This document shows, piece after piece, positions 63,557 through 64,000 of a stretch of 64,000 bases of DNA (the first letter of the stretch is position 1; each line of letters starts with the position of its first letter). The notes below the pieces were generated by a model that was not told the origin of the DNA, ran no database searches, and saw only the letters and a list, made by a program, of their open reading frames with translations. Position numbers and translations under genes: made by a program. The stretch comes from Haliotis rufescens (Eukaryota). Location: NCBI RefSeq assembly GCF_023055435.1, contig NW_025964353.1, positions 682,001-746,000 on the forward strand, in the 5' to 3' direction.

Positions 63557-64000
63557 TGAGAGAGAGAGAGGCGTGCATGCACAACACTACACTTAATAGT
63601 CTTAAACCCTGCTATAGCTAGCGAGATGCAGTCATGCCCTTCCCAACATTCATCTACGTCGTCATGGCTAAAGGGGAATCCCCGCGTAAATCCCGACTGC
63701 GCCTGTCAATTGAATCGCAGTAACAGCCCGACGGATCACCATGCATTCAGTGCGAGGTAAATGTTGATCTTTTCACACCATATACAGTTTATATCTCCGA
63801 GTTAACGTCTATATTTGCCTACGTGGTATGGATTAATCATACGTTAATGAAATTATAAGTATCTGTTGTCTATATAACGGTACACATCCATATAATTAGC
63901 TTGACCAGTGTTGGGGTGTTGCCTGGCATTGCGTAGATATTTATAGAGCTTACGAACTGTTTTATTGGGTATAAGTATACAAACCGACATAGAATGTTCT

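Overview
Eukaryotic, repeat-rich genomic DNA. The SINE and MITE repertoire suggests a marine gastropod such as abalone, which is inference only. I reconstructed three conserved spliced genes by hand, with GT-AG sites and consistent phases: a DHRS11-like SDR (minus, 7 exons, 254 aa), a BolA1-like gene (minus, 7 exons, 138 aa) and dynactin p62/DCTN4 (plus, 14 exons, 452 aa). BolA1 and DCTN4 are head-to-head with ATGs about 150 bp apart. A fourth, unrecognised two-exon gene (20576-22002, 136 aa) encodes two copies of a RYG[QE]LKSMIK module. The most striking pattern is repeated duplication of exon boundaries. DHRS11 exon 4 is preceded by 18 tandem copies of its own 3' splice site and exon start. 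DCTN4 exon 5 is preceded by 5 such copies. In both genes the decoy units I translated run into a premature stop. A SINE target-site duplication also copied a DHRS11 donor, and the coding ends of BolA1 and DCTN4 are tandemly duplicated into their 3' UTRs. The rest comprises a 5.8-kb 64-bp satellite with a visible 33-mer to 64-mer to 2048-bp history, a 3.8-kb 17-bp intronic satellite, several SINE families, MITEs (Tc1/mariner-, hAT-, MULE- and Helentron-like), Gypsy and Tc1/mariner remnants, hammerhead-like fold-backs and one assembly gap.
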